Part shown: positions 45,854 to 55,518 of the stretch, one piece after another
How the letters are laid out: each line of letters begins with the position of its first letter
How positions within the stretch are numbered: the stretch's first letter is position 1
From: Candidatus Binataceae bacterium
GTDB lineage: Bacteria; Desulfobacterota; Binatia; Binatales; Binataceae
Length of the DNA stretch: 64,000 nt
Direction: 5' to 3'
NCBI GenBank assembly: GCA_963803045.1
Contig: CAWDLC010000036.1
Span: 69,999-133,998 of the forward strand
The notes under the pieces: model-generated
Told to the model about the DNA's origin: nothing
Seen by the model: the letters and a program-made list of their open reading frames with translations, nothing else
The model's database searches: none
Position numbers and translations under genes: made by a program

Positions 45854-46783
45854 GTGATGGGGTCCTACGATGAAAATCAGAATCACTGGGCGATCATCTT
45901 GGCGGGCGGAGAGGGGAAGCGCTTATCTTCGCTGACGCAGCGCATCGCCGGTGATGGCAGGCCGAAACAGTTCTGCTCTGTGATCGGCGATTCATCGTTG
46001 GTCGAGCAAACACGCCGTCGCGTTTCTCTATCCGTCGCAGACGACCACACCATGGTCGTGTTGACTCGCGCACATGAGGGTTACTACGGACCGCTGCTTG
46101 GAGATATGCGGCGGCAAAACCTCGTGATTCAGCCCGACAACCGTGGCACCGCCGCGGCGATCCTCTATTCGCTACTCCGATTGTCAAAATTGGCGCCCAC
46201 CGCATATGTAGCGTTGTTACCTTCGGATCACTTTGTAAGCGACGACCGGCATTTCATGCGCCACGTTGATCTGGCCTTCGATGCCGTCAGACTCCGACCC
46301 GACCTGACCGTGCTGCTGGGCATTGCTGCAGACAGCAGCGAAACTGCGTACGGCTGGATCGAACCCGGGCAACCGATAGGTACGGAGCATGCAGGCATTT
46401 TCGATGTTCGTCGGTTCTGGGAGAAACCGTCGGCGGAATTGGCCAAACGACTTCTTGATCGCGCTTGCCTGTGGAACAGCTTCGTGATGGTGGCTCGTTT
46501 ATCCACGCTCTTGGGACTTATCATGGTATCCGCGCCGGAACTCTACCGCTCCTTCGCACTCGTAAGTCGGGCACTCCTGACCAGCTCGGAGGAGCGATCT
46601 GTCAAGCTCTTGTACTCTTCCATAGACGTTACGGACTTCTCACGGGACGTTTTGGCCAGGTGTCCGATCAATCTTGCCGTGCTTCCGGTTCACGGATGCG
46701 AATGGAGCGATCTCGGCGAGCCAGTGCGCGTGATCGAAGTCTTGAGCCGTCAGAGAATCCAACCTCGATGGAACGCGGCCTGA
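45854..46783 (+). CDS. NDP-sugar pyrophosphorylase (mannose-1-phosphate guanylyltransferase-like)
   Basis: WAIILAGGEGKRLSSLT...RPKQFCSV..LPSDHFV. Confidence 0.75.
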   Translation: MMGSYDENQNHWAIILAGGEGKRLSSLTQRIAGDGRPKQFCSVIGDSSLVEQTRRRVSLSVADDHTMVVLTRAHEGYYGPLLGDMRRQNLVIQPDNRGTAAAILYSLLRLSKLAPTAYVALLPSDHFVSDDRHFMRHVDLAFDAVRLRPDLTVLLGIAADSSETAYGWIEPGQPIGTEHAGIFDVRRFWEKPSAELAKRLLDRACLWNSFVMVARLSTLLGLIMVSAPELYRSFALVSRALLTSSEERSVKLLYSSIDVTDFSRDVLARCPINLAVLPVHGCEWSDLGEPVRVIEVLSRQRIQPRWNAA

Positions 46784-46786
46784 TGC

Positions 46787-47158
46787 ATGGCGACGATAGC
46801 GGGCAAAACGCCCGAAGGGGACGCGTGCGTGAAGGCCGGGCAGTTGCGAGTCAATCCAGCCGAACCCGGTTCAAGCAGCGTACCTTCGTGCTCGGCGCGA
46901 TCTATGCGCGGTTCCCTGGAATCATCGGAATCGCTGGTAAAGGGTCTCTTTGTGGCGTTCGTTTGCAATGAGTGCGGAAGCACTGTCACCAGAAGATTGC
47001 TCTACTGCAGCGACGACGCTGCGCTGTATCATCTTGAGTGCACTAACGGCCACAAACACCATCGAGTGGCCAGCCGGTCCCCAGAGCAGCCAAAGGATAC
47101 CGAGGCTGGAAAGCCGTCGCCCGCATTCGTGATAGTCGAGTCATGTGACTGCACTTGA
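46787..47158 (+). CDS. hypothetical protein with possible zinc-ribbon
   Basis: Starts 4 nt after the upstream stop. FVCNECGSTV...LECTNGHKHH. Confidence 0.3.
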   Translation: MATIAGKTPEGDACVKAGQLRVNPAEPGSSSVPSCSARSMRGSLESSESLVKGLFVAFVCNECGSTVTRRLLYCSDDAALYHLECTNGHKHHRVASRSPEQPKDTEAGKPSPAFVIVESCDCT

Positions 47159-47164
47159 AGATTC

Positions 47165-48118
47165 GTGCCAGACTCCCTGAGGAGGAAGGCGAAAAGGGGC
47201 GAGGTTGTCAACGCCGATCGGAATGCGAAAATTTCATTCGTAGTTTTCCTTATCATTGCACCCTTGATTTTGGCTGCATTTTCATTCTATTTGCACATCT
47301 TTGCCGGGTATTGGATAACGCTGTCGCGCCAGCGACCAGCTCCCTATCCAGCAAGCGGAGAAGCACCGCATACGGAACTTCCGTTCGTTTTCAATCTGCA
47401 ATCTCGCACTGCCAACTGGCTTTCCAAATTCCTATTTTACTGGCTTGTTCCTGTTATTCTGGGAGTTTTCGTCTGGAAGGCGCTGCCGCGACCTGAAGGG
47501 CCTGTATTGGTCAGTCTTACTAGTGCCTTCATTGCAGTATTTCTTTTTCTCCAGCTACGCCGTCGCTCTGATCGAACGCGAAAAAGTTCTAGACTTATGC
47601 TTTGGCAGGCGCTGCTCTGCAGCATTGTTATTACCATTCTACCGATCTGCTTTCTGCTGGAAGGAAAATCGCTGCCGAGTCGTCAGTTACATCTGGGGAA
47701 AGCGCAGTTGGAGCAACAGGACCTGAGAGGATTGAATTTGGAGGGCGCGAACCTGGCGGGCGCGCACCTGAGCGACGCGGAACTGAAGCAGGCGTACCTG
47801 ATGAGCATGCACCTAGGGGGCGCGGACCTGATGGGCGCGGATCTGGATCACGCGCACCTGGAGTATGCAGACCTGTTCTACGCGCATCTGAACAGCGCGT
47901 ACCTGGGGGGCGCGGAGCTGGCGTACGCGGACCTGAAGGGCGCGCACCTGAACAGCGCGGACCTGAACGGCGCGGACCTGCGCTACGCTAACAATCTGAC
48001 GCAGGAGCAGGTCGATTCAGCTAAAGGTGACGATGAGACCGAGTTGCCGCCGCAAGTCCGCAAACCGGAATCATGGAAGAAGAAGGTGGCGACTACTTCA
48101 CCGACGGCTCCGCATTGA
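47165..48118 (+). CDS. membrane-anchored pentapeptide-repeat protein
   Basis: About four N-terminal TM helices, then about 25 A(D/N)LxG-type pentapeptides (ANLAGAHLSDAELKQAYLMSMHLGGADLMGADLDHAHL..). Confidence 0.8.
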   Translation: MPDSLRRKAKRGEVVNADRNAKISFVVFLIIAPLILAAFSFYLHIFAGYWITLSRQRPAPYPASGEAPHTELPFVFNLQSRTANWLSKFLFYWLVPVILGVFVWKALPRPEGPVLVSLTSAFIAVFLFLQLRRRSDRTRKSSRLMLWQALLCSIVITILPICFLLEGKSLPSRQLHLGKAQLEQQDLRGLNLEGANLAGAHLSDAELKQAYLMSMHLGGADLMGADLDHAHLEYADLFYAHLNSAYLGGAELAYADLKGAHLNSADLNGADLRYANNLTQEQVDSAKGDDETELPPQVRKPESWKKKVATTSPTAPH

Positions 48119-48336
48119 CATACCCAGTGTGGTTCCTGGAATTTTTCGCTAAACGTCTCCGAAGAAACACTCTTGGAATTCGAATCGACCGCGGGAAATA
48201 GCTCCTACCCCCAGAGCGCTTCAACGGTCGTAATTGTGCTTGGACGAAGCGGGCGAAACAAGCTCTCTTGACAAGAAGTGGGCAAAAAGTAGAAGCTGCG
48301 CCAAACCTCATAGGCTGGCAAGAGGAGGGAGATGCC

Positions 48337-49197
48337 ATGGACATTTCCTACCGAGGTGTTGGTCTGATTTTGGGCGCTGTCGCGCTTGCTCTGCTTGCTC
48401 CTCGAACCACTGCTATTGCCTCGCCCGCGGGAGTGCAGCGAACGTCGGCGGTGGTGGCTGAATCAGGTGGCGCCGACACGAACGCCTCGCCGAGTGCGAC
48501 CGATGCGGGAACTGGATCAACCGGTACAGGTGGCGCGGCTGGAGCGTTTGCCAACGCGGGCACCGGAGCCGAACCGGCTGCCCGTCCGACTCGACTCTTG
48601 GTGCTCGGCATTTGTGCTGGCGCGCTCCTCGTAATCGCCGCCGTGCTCCTCTCAGGGCAGCTGAAGCTCCTAATCGTCGGCGAGGACAACCGCTACAGCA
48701 ATTCCAAGTTTCAAATGGCGCTGTGGTTTTCCGTCCTGATTGTGAGCTACACGGCCGCGTTGTGGCTTCGCTGGTGGAAGGGCGACCATGAGATCGGAGG
48801 CGTAGGGATCCAGCCTTACCTCCTGGCTCTTTCGGGCGCGAGCGCGTTCACCCTGGGTGCAGCCAAGGGTATTACCACTAACAAGCAGGCCACCGCGATC
48901 CAGAGCGGTACCATCGGGAAGGTCAAGGCGCTCACTCCGCAATTCCCGTACGACCTGTTTCACAACGACAACGGCCAGGTGGACTTCGGCGACTTCCAGA
49001 TGTTCTTCATAACGCTAATTGCTGCAGCTGTGTATTTGCTGCAGGTGTTTCATTTCCTGGGTACTCCGCTTGTAGGCGACGCGACGACTCATATCCTTTC
49101 GCTCCCGGAGGTCGACTCGACACTGCTGGCTGCTTTCGGGCTGGGCCAGGGCGCATATCTAGTCAAGAAGTATGCTGGCAATCCGGGCGAATCATGA
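48337..49197 (+). CDS. integral membrane protein, unknown function
   Basis: ATG at 48337 after AGAGGAGGGAG. N-terminal TM, Ala/Gly/Thr-rich linker, then several TM helices. Confidence 0.6.
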   Translation: MDISYRGVGLILGAVALALLAPRTTAIASPAGVQRTSAVVAESGGADTNASPSATDAGTGSTGTGGAAGAFANAGTGAEPAARPTRLLVLGICAGALLVIAAVLLSGQLKLLIVGEDNRYSNSKFQMALWFSVLIVSYTAALWLRWWKGDHEIGGVGIQPYLLALSGASAFTLGAAKGITTNKQATAIQSGTIGKVKALTPQFPYDLFHNDNGQVDFGDFQMFFITLIAAAVYLLQVFHFLGTPLVGDATTHILSLPEVDSTLLAAFGLGQGAYLVKKYAGNPGES

Positions 49198-49242
49198 TCG
49201 ATTCGGCATCGCTGCCTAATCGATGACCGAAAAGGTTAATAG

Positions 49243-50886
49243 ATGCCGTTCAATCTCGATCTAATCGAAACGGTTGCGGTTGTTATCATGGAAAACCGCT
49301 CGTTCGATCACATCCTGGGCTATCGCAGTCTTCCCGCTTACGGAAAAGATGTTGATGGGCAAAGGCTCGATGCGAACTGGCTCGATCGATACACCAACAG
49401 CTTTAACGGCAACCCGGCTCAGCCCTTTTATCGCTCCGACCTTGAGCTCTCCGGCGATCCGCCGCATGAACGTGGGGAAATGCGGGTGCAGATTGGCGCG
49501 GATTTCCCCTGGCCCGGCGGTTCGGCGCCGATGAACGGCTTTGCATTGAATTATGCGACCGGGCCTGGTGTACCGGCGTCGGCATATTCGGAAGTTATGG
49601 GTTACTACACGCCAGCCGAGGTGCCCATCTCGCATTTCCTGGCTGAGAATTTCGCGATCTGCGATCGATGGTTCTCCTCTCTGCCGGCCAGCACCCAACC
49701 GAACCGCTTGATGGCGATGGCAGGATACTCAGAAATCGACAACACCTTCAGCGACACGGTTCCCGACCAGGAACTGGTCTATGACTGGTGTGATCGTCAG
49801 GTGCCTCCGGTGCGCTGGCGCGTCTATCACGAGGGGTGGCCCTTCTTCATGGTGATGCCTCGGTGGCGTCTGACGATCGTCGCTGACGCGGTGGCCCAGG
49901 ATAAGTTTCGATCGCTCGACAAGTTGGAAGAAGATTTGAATTCGGCAGACCCGTTTCCTCAGCTGGTCTTTCTCGAACCCAAGTATACCGACGATCACTT
50001 CAGCGCTCCCGTACCCAGCGACGACCATCCGCCTTCCTCCGTTGCCGGCGGACAGGCTTTCCTGCAGCGCGTCTACGCGGCTTTTCGCAATTCGCCACGC
50101 TGGGACCATACGCTCATAATCATTTTCTACGACGAGAACGGCGGCCTGTTCGATCATGTCTCTCCGCTGGCTGTTCCAACTCAAATAGCCGGCGCCGCGA
50201 GCTTTGCCACTACCGGAATTCGGGTGCCCGCATACCTGGTATCTCCGCTGGTGAACGCGGGTAGAGTATTTCACGGCGCGCTGGATCACACCTCGCTCCT
50301 GCGTTTCATCGGGCAGAAGTTTGGTTTCGACGGCCTCTACTCGGACGTCGTAACCCAGCGCGCCTCCGGCAGTATTGCGCTGCAGAGCATCGCCGACGCA
50401 CTAAACGTCGTGGGCACCAACCCGGTCGTCAGGACTGATTGCCCGCCCTCCCCAAACTACGAATTCCCGCGTATCAGCAACGTGCCTCCGGCGGAGCGTC
50501 CGATAACCGCAAATTCGCAAGCTTTCGATCATGCGCTGTTAGAGGTTCGCCGCGAGCAAGCGAAGGATGGCGCGTGCAAATTCCCCGAATTGGCGGAGTT
50601 CTTTACGAGTCCGAGCCAGGCCTGGCAACTGCTTCAAACAGAAGCGCGTGCGCATGGCTACTCCTTTCATCCTGATTGTCAGCATCTGGCGCGCCAACTG
50701 GCTGAACGCGCCGACGTGCAGATCCTCAAGGAAGGTGGAGGACGTAAGCGGCTGGCGCGAGCGAGATTGGCTGATTTTACGCGAACGATGGTTTCGGACG
50801 CACGACTGGTAGGTGAAAAGCGCACGATTCGCGAGTCGCACTTTCGCAGCGCTCTCGCGCGTCATTCCACGTGGCCGCTCATATGA
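49243..50886 (+). CDS. phosphoesterase family protein (phospholipase C / AcpA-like)
   Basis: VAVVIMENRSFDHILGY at the very N-terminus (no signal or Tat peptide), ..FYDENGGLFDHV.., GIRVPAYLVSP. C-terminal ~150 aa without a motif. Confidence 0.8.
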   Translation: MPFNLDLIETVAVVIMENRSFDHILGYRSLPAYGKDVDGQRLDANWLDRYTNSFNGNPAQPFYRSDLELSGDPPHERGEMRVQIGADFPWPGGSAPMNGFALNYATGPGVPASAYSEVMGYYTPAEVPISHFLAENFAICDRWFSSLPASTQPNRLMAMAGYSEIDNTFSDTVPDQELVYDWCDRQVPPVRWRVYHEGWPFFMVMPRWRLTIVADAVAQDKFRSLDKLEEDLNSADPFPQLVFLEPKYTDDHFSAPVPSDDHPPSSVAGGQAFLQRVYAAFRNSPRWDHTLIIIFYDENGGLFDHVSPLAVPTQIAGAASFATTGIRVPAYLVSPLVNAGRVFHGALDHTSLLRFIGQKFGFDGLYSDVVTQRASGSIALQSIADALNVVGTNPVVRTDCPPSPNYEFPRISNVPPAERPITANSQAFDHALLEVRREQAKDGACKFPELAEFFTSPSQAWQLLQTEARAHGYSFHPDCQHLARQLAERADVQILKEGGGRKRLARARLADFTRTMVSDARLVGEKRTIRESHFRSALARHSTWPLI

Positions 50887-50948
50887 GCGGCCACGCATGA
50901 GCTTTGCATAGTTTCACGACACTAGAACACCAAAGGGGGAAATCAGCC

Positions 50949-52556
50949 GTGTTGAATAGCAACCGGCAATCAACGCAAAACTCATCGGCGCGGGGTGCGT
51001 CAACTGAAGGGTCGGCGATTCGTACTCAATGCGCATTCGCCGCACTGCTGGTGGGCTCTCTGATCGCGTCCGGCTGTGCGAGTGTTGAGCTGTACCCGCC
51101 CGGCCCGGTGACCAGGAACTTCAGCAAAGAGAGTTGCCTGAGCCTTACTCTTCCCAAAGAGCCGGTCTGTTCGTCAAATGACACGCTCGAGAACGGCATT
51201 AATTGCGCAACGACAACGCGCGACAACTACGGCGTCTTCCTGGAATGCCGTGAGAGCCGGCAGCTGGTCGCGGGAGCTACGGTCGCGATGCTCGCGGCTG
51301 GCGCCGCCGGGGTCGCCGCCGCAAGTGTAAGCGCCGCTGGAGCAGCCGCGCTGGGAGCCAGCGCCGGCGCTGGCTTGGCGCTTGACTACGCAACCTACAA
51401 CAAAGTGAAGACGAAGGCATATTCGGACGCGATAATGCAGTTGCAGTGCGTAATCTCTAAATCAGAACCGCTCCAGGGAAAGCTCGCGGGGTTGCCGGAT
51501 GTGAGAAATGATCTCACCTACGGAGCGAATGACGATAATCTGCGCAACGCAAAGCTCTGCCTCAACAGCAATAGGTCCGATGCATCCCTGCTCAACCTTG
51601 CGGCTGCCAAGTATGATCTGGCCAAGCAGCATGAAACTGCGGCGAGGGATCGATTGGCGCTTATGAACGTTGAGTTGGTCGAGGCCGTTGACTCAATCGA
51701 CGTGCGCGCCTTCGCCGAGGCGCAAAGCGGAGTTCCCGACGCCGCGCAGATAGAGCAAGCCGTCAAATCGGTGAACTCGGCAATGCCGTCGACGAAGGCG
51801 CCCCCCGCCGCCGGTGCCCAACCTCAGGCAGAAAAGCAGGCTGTGAAAGCGCCAGCCAACTGTGGCGACATAGACCACCTGATTCAATCAACGACCGAGC
51901 TTACTTCACGCCTTAACAAGGCGGTCGCTGACCTCAAGCTGCCTGAGAAAGGCTATACTGAGTGTTTGGCGCTCAAAACGCAGGACAATTCCACATCGGG
52001 CAAGTCTACATCTTCGAAGAGCAGTTCAACCACAAAGAGCGGTTCCAGCGGAAAGACCGCTAACACGTCATCAGCCTCATCGGCTGCCGACGGTAACAAC
52101 GCTGATAGCAGCAGCAGTAGCAAGCCATCGGACCAAAGCGAGCCGCAGCCCAAACCGGACAAGATCGCCTTTCAGGTTTTGCCGGCCGACGTCGTATCCG
52201 TCGACAAAAGCAAATCGACCACCCTCAAGTTAATCGGAGGGGCTCCGCCCTACCATTGGTCAGTCGTTGACGACGACCTATACGTCGAAACCGCGAGCCA
52301 GACCGATTTGTTCGTTACAATCGAGGTGAAGTGGAGCGCCGACGCGGGTGAACATCGCTTGCTCGTGTCCGATCAGGATGGAGCGGAAGTTGTGGTGTAT
52401 ATGAACCAGAGCTCGTCGACGACGAACACGACGGCTGGTGGCAAGACAAAAGCCTCCGCGAGCGGCGGCAAGAAAGGCGGATCGACCGCCGGAGGAGGAA
52501 AGGTAAAAAGTAGCACCGCCTCCGGCAGCTCGGGACATGCCAAAGGGACCGAATAG
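50949..52556 (+). CDS. lipoprotein with Ser/Thr-rich linker and C-terminal Ig-like region
   Basis: Lipobox LIASGC. GTG at 50949 after AAAGGGGGAAA. Long S/T/G low-complexity tracts. Confidence 0.6.
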   Translation: MLNSNRQSTQNSSARGASTEGSAIRTQCAFAALLVGSLIASGCASVELYPPGPVTRNFSKESCLSLTLPKEPVCSSNDTLENGINCATTTRDNYGVFLECRESRQLVAGATVAMLAAGAAGVAAASVSAAGAAALGASAGAGLALDYATYNKVKTKAYSDAIMQLQCVISKSEPLQGKLAGLPDVRNDLTYGANDDNLRNAKLCLNSNRSDASLLNLAAAKYDLAKQHETAARDRLALMNVELVEAVDSIDVRAFAEAQSGVPDAAQIEQAVKSVNSAMPSTKAPPAAGAQPQAEKQAVKAPANCGDIDHLIQSTTELTSRLNKAVADLKLPEKGYTECLALKTQDNSTSGKSTSSKSSSTTKSGSSGKTANTSSASSAADGNNADSSSSSKPSDQSEPQPKPDKIAFQVLPADVVSVDKSKSTTLKLIGGAPPYHWSVVDDDLYVETASQTDLFVTIEVKWSADAGEHRLLVSDQDGAEVVVYMNQSSSTTNTTAGGKTKASASGGKKGGSTAGGGKVKSSTASGSSGHAKGTE

Positions 52557-52612
52557 TCCAGGGAGACGAACTAGTTTCAAGCTATGGTCCATATGGCGTC
52601 GCCGTAGTTGAG

Positions 52613-52905
52613 ATGGAGCCGGATTTCGTCGATATACTGCGCAAGGAGATCCCTCTATCTCCTATCGAGATAACTATTCTCAGATCGGCCGGGGTGCGAT
52701 CCTTCGGCGACCTAGACAGTCTGCTCCGGAATTTTCCATCGTTGCGGCATACGGGGCTGAGGTTACCAACACTCGCCCGCGTAGCTCTCGGTCGAATCGA
52801 TTCTCGGTTCGCCGCCGCTGCCGCCCGCATCGATTCGTTCGCTACCCGGCCGCGGCACCACAAGGGCGCTTCGCACCCCGCGGGGGAATATGGTCGCCGG
52901 GGACT
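52613..52905 (+). CDS. helix-hairpin-helix-like N-terminal module, probably the 5' part of the peptidase gene
   Basis: LSPIEITILRSAGVRSFGDLDSLL resembles HhH (RpoA-CTD-like) motifs. The frame becomes Arg-rich junk after about 52900, where the next frame becomes protein-like. Confidence 0.35.
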
Positions 52906-52908
52906 CAG

Positions 52909-53733
52909 GTGCCGATGCCACCGGCCCCTGCAGCGTCTCCGGCACCGCCGCCCGCTGGCGGAATCGATCTCCGGGTTCCGCAATGGCCGGTGCGCAACCA
53001 GGGTGAGCGCGACACTTGCGTAGCTTTCGCCTCCGCCGCATGTGCCGAGCGGGTGAGTTTTGATGGCAGTGCCGCCGGCGGACCAACCGCGCTTTCCGAA
53101 CAGTTTCTGTACGCGGTGATAAAGACACAGACTGACGACACTCTCGTAGACTACAACAAAGAAGCCACTCATCTTCAGTATGCACGCGACGCGCTTCAAA
53201 ACTACGGGATCTGTCCGGACAGTATCTGGCCATACGTTCCGGCGCGGCTTTCGGACATCTCTCAGATAGGTGGGGGCAATCCCTGGGCAGCGGCGATCGC
53301 CGCCGCCGCCGCGAACAAATGTCCGCCAAGAGAATACCAATCGGCAGGCAACGCAGGAGGTTGGGCCGCTAAAGTTCTCGCTGCTATGCAAGGCGGGCGG
53401 CCAGTAGCAATCACACTTCCGATGTTTGCCGACGCAGAGCGAAAGGCAATCAACACCTGGGTTACCGCCTCGGCGGTCCAATATGGCCGTGTAATCAATC
53501 CTCCCCCGACCAGTCAGTCACAGGTCGACGCTCATGCTGTGTGCGTGGTCGGGTTCGTACCGATTGCTGATTCTACAGAGCCCCTGGGCTACTTTATTTT
53601 CCGCAATAGTTGGGGCACTGCTTGGGCGGTTGATGCACCTTCCCCGGGAAATAGCTATGCGCCTGAACCGGGATACGGCGACGTTTCCGCCTCGTATGTC
53701 GATCAGTTCCTGCTCGAGATGCTGGAGCTCTGA
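52909..53733 (+). CDS. papain-like (C1 family) cysteine peptidase
   Basis: Q..C: VRNQGERDTCVAFASAA. His: DAHAVCVVGF. N-S-W-G: FRNSWGTAWA. Pro-rich linker at its start, no signal peptide. Confidence 0.8.
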   Translation: MPMPPAPAASPAPPPAGGIDLRVPQWPVRNQGERDTCVAFASAACAERVSFDGSAAGGPTALSEQFLYAVIKTQTDDTLVDYNKEATHLQYARDALQNYGICPDSIWPYVPARLSDISQIGGGNPWAAAIAAAAANKCPPREYQSAGNAGGWAAKVLAAMQGGRPVAITLPMFADAERKAINTWVTASAVQYGRVINPPPTSQSQVDAHAVCVVGFVPIADSTEPLGYFIFRNSWGTAWAVDAPSPGNSYAPEPGYGDVSASYVDQFLLEMLEL

Positions 53734-53845
53734 CTAGAGAATTGAGCAGGTTATTCGCATACCCAGACTTGAGTTGTACCGTCTGCCGCGCTGGATGTCT
53801 TTCCTCGATGGAGACTTCTTGCTCAACAGCGCAACTTCACCCCGG

Positions 53846-54950
53846 TTGTCGGTACCGAAAACCTGATCCCGGGTGACGAGACAGTCGGACTGTGATAGTC
53901 GAACGCCCGATGGTCGAGTTTCTGATCAAGCTGCTGCTCGTCGCGCGATCCAAACTGAAATCACGCGCGAGACTCGAGGCCGAAAACATTGTCCTGCGGC
54001 GGCAGGTGATCGTACTGAGCCGCAAGGCTCGGTCGCGGGTGCGGCTCCGGAACATCGATCGGCTGATCTTCGTCTGGTTGTGCCGAATGTTCCCCTCGAT
54101 TCTGAATGCGATCACTGTGGTCAAGCCCGAGACCGTGATCCGGTGGCATCGGCGCGGGTTTTGCGCCTATTGGCACTGGAAATCCAGCCGAGTTAGTGGC
54201 CGTCCCAAGATCGACCGCGAGATCCGCGACCTCATCCGACGGATGAGCAAGGAGAACCCACTGTGGGGAGCGCCGCGGATACACGGCGAGTTGATGATGC
54301 TCGGCATCGAAGTCGCCCAATCAACCGTGGCGAGGTACATGACCAAGCGTCAGGGGGCGCCCTCCCAGGGTTGGAAGACATTCCTGCGCAATCACGCTGC
54401 CGGCATTGCTTCTCTTGATCTTTTCGTGGTGCGAACGATCTCGTTCAAGCTGCTCTACGGCTTGGTCATTCTTCGGCACGCGCGAAGACGATTGGTTAGC
54501 ATTAGCGTGACGAGCAATCCGACTGCCGAGTGGATTGCAGGTCAGGTAACTGATGCCTTTCCCTGGGACGAAGCGCCGCGTCACTTAATTCGTGACCGCG
54601 ACGGCGCGTTCGGTCCGGTTTACACCCGCCGAATTCGTGCAATGGAGATCCGCGATCATCCTACCGCACCGCGCTCGCCGTGGCAGAATGGCCATGTCGA
54701 GCGGCTCATCGGATCGATACGTCGCGAATCCCTCGACCACCTCATCGTGTTCGGCGAAGCGCACTTGCGGGCTGTCCTGAAGGCTTACGCTTCATATTAC
54801 AATGAGGTCCGGACCCATCTCTCATTGGAGAAAGATGCTCCAGATTTTCGGCGGACCCAGAAGATCGGCCGCATCGCCGCGATTCCAATCCTTGCAGGGC
54901 TGCATCATCAATACATCCGGGTTTAAGTTTTGACCCGGGACACGGCGCAG
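53846..54950 (+). mobile_element. intact single-ORF IS element, copy 2 (same family and orientation as 39576-40690)
   Basis: Shared left end TTGTCGGTACCGAAAACCTGATCC. Boundaries approximate. Confidence 0.7.
53892..54926 (+). CDS. IS transposase (HTH + rve integrase core, DDE)
   Basis: 344 aa, about nine in ten residues identical to 39622..40665 by eye. Confidence 0.9.
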   Translation: MIVERPMVEFLIKLLLVARSKLKSRARLEAENIVLRRQVIVLSRKARSRVRLRNIDRLIFVWLCRMFPSILNAITVVKPETVIRWHRRGFCAYWHWKSSRVSGRPKIDREIRDLIRRMSKENPLWGAPRIHGELMMLGIEVAQSTVARYMTKRQGAPSQGWKTFLRNHAAGIASLDLFVVRTISFKLLYGLVILRHARRRLVSISVTSNPTAEWIAGQVTDAFPWDEAPRHLIRDRDGAFGPVYTRRIRAMEIRDHPTAPRSPWQNGHVERLIGSIRRESLDHLIVFGEAHLRAVLKAYASYYNEVRTHLSLEKDAPDFRRTQKIGRIAAIPILAGLHHQYIRV

Positions 54951-55008
54951 AACTCCAATGTTTTCAGAGCATACGGAATTATGACCAGCCACAACAGGTC
55001 CGCCGCGT

Positions 55009-55476
55009 CTAAAATGACGGGCCAGAGCTCCGCAACTCGTCGCGGCACACTTCGCTGAACGCACGAAAGGGATCCATCGCGTCGCTGTTCACTATGCCTC
55101 GTATGTCGCGAAACGTTATGTTCGGCGCCTCGTACGTTTTGATGATGGTGGACGCAAGGCTTTCTGCGGTTTCGACGATCTTCGGCGACGATAGAACCCG
55201 CATCCTGCCGATCAGGGCGTACAGTTTAACGAACTTGGCGATCTGCGCCTCGCTATGTCCTAAAGCATCTCCATACAATTTCGTCGCTTCCTCGATAAAG
55301 TCCTTATATAACTCTTCCCGCCTGGCTTTATTGTGCGCCAGTTGCTCCGATCGGGCTTGAGCATTCTGGCTCAGCCATGACGCCCCCAACGACGTCAGGC
55401 CGCCTATAAGTGATCCAGCGAGCGCGGCAAACGCGGAAAAGTACTCTGAGTTCATAGTCGCATCCTCATCGGCCAC
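55009..55476 (-). CDS. hypothetical protein
   Basis: 155-aa ORF in a lower-GC patch. N-terminal TM-like FSAFAALAGSLIGGLTSLGASWL, then helical Lys/Glu-rich. Alternative ATG at 55455. Confidence 0.5.
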   Translation of the reverse strand: MADEDATMNSEYFSAFAALAGSLIGGLTSLGASWLSQNAQARSEQLAHNKARREELYKDFIEEATKLYGDALGHSEAQIAKFVKLYALIGRMRVLSSPKIVETAESLASTIIKTYEAPNITFRDIRGIVNSDAMDPFRAFSEVCRDELRSSGPSF

Positions 55477-55518
55477 AGGTCAGGTTTTGAGAAGGCACAG
55501 CTTCCAGCATCAGATGCG

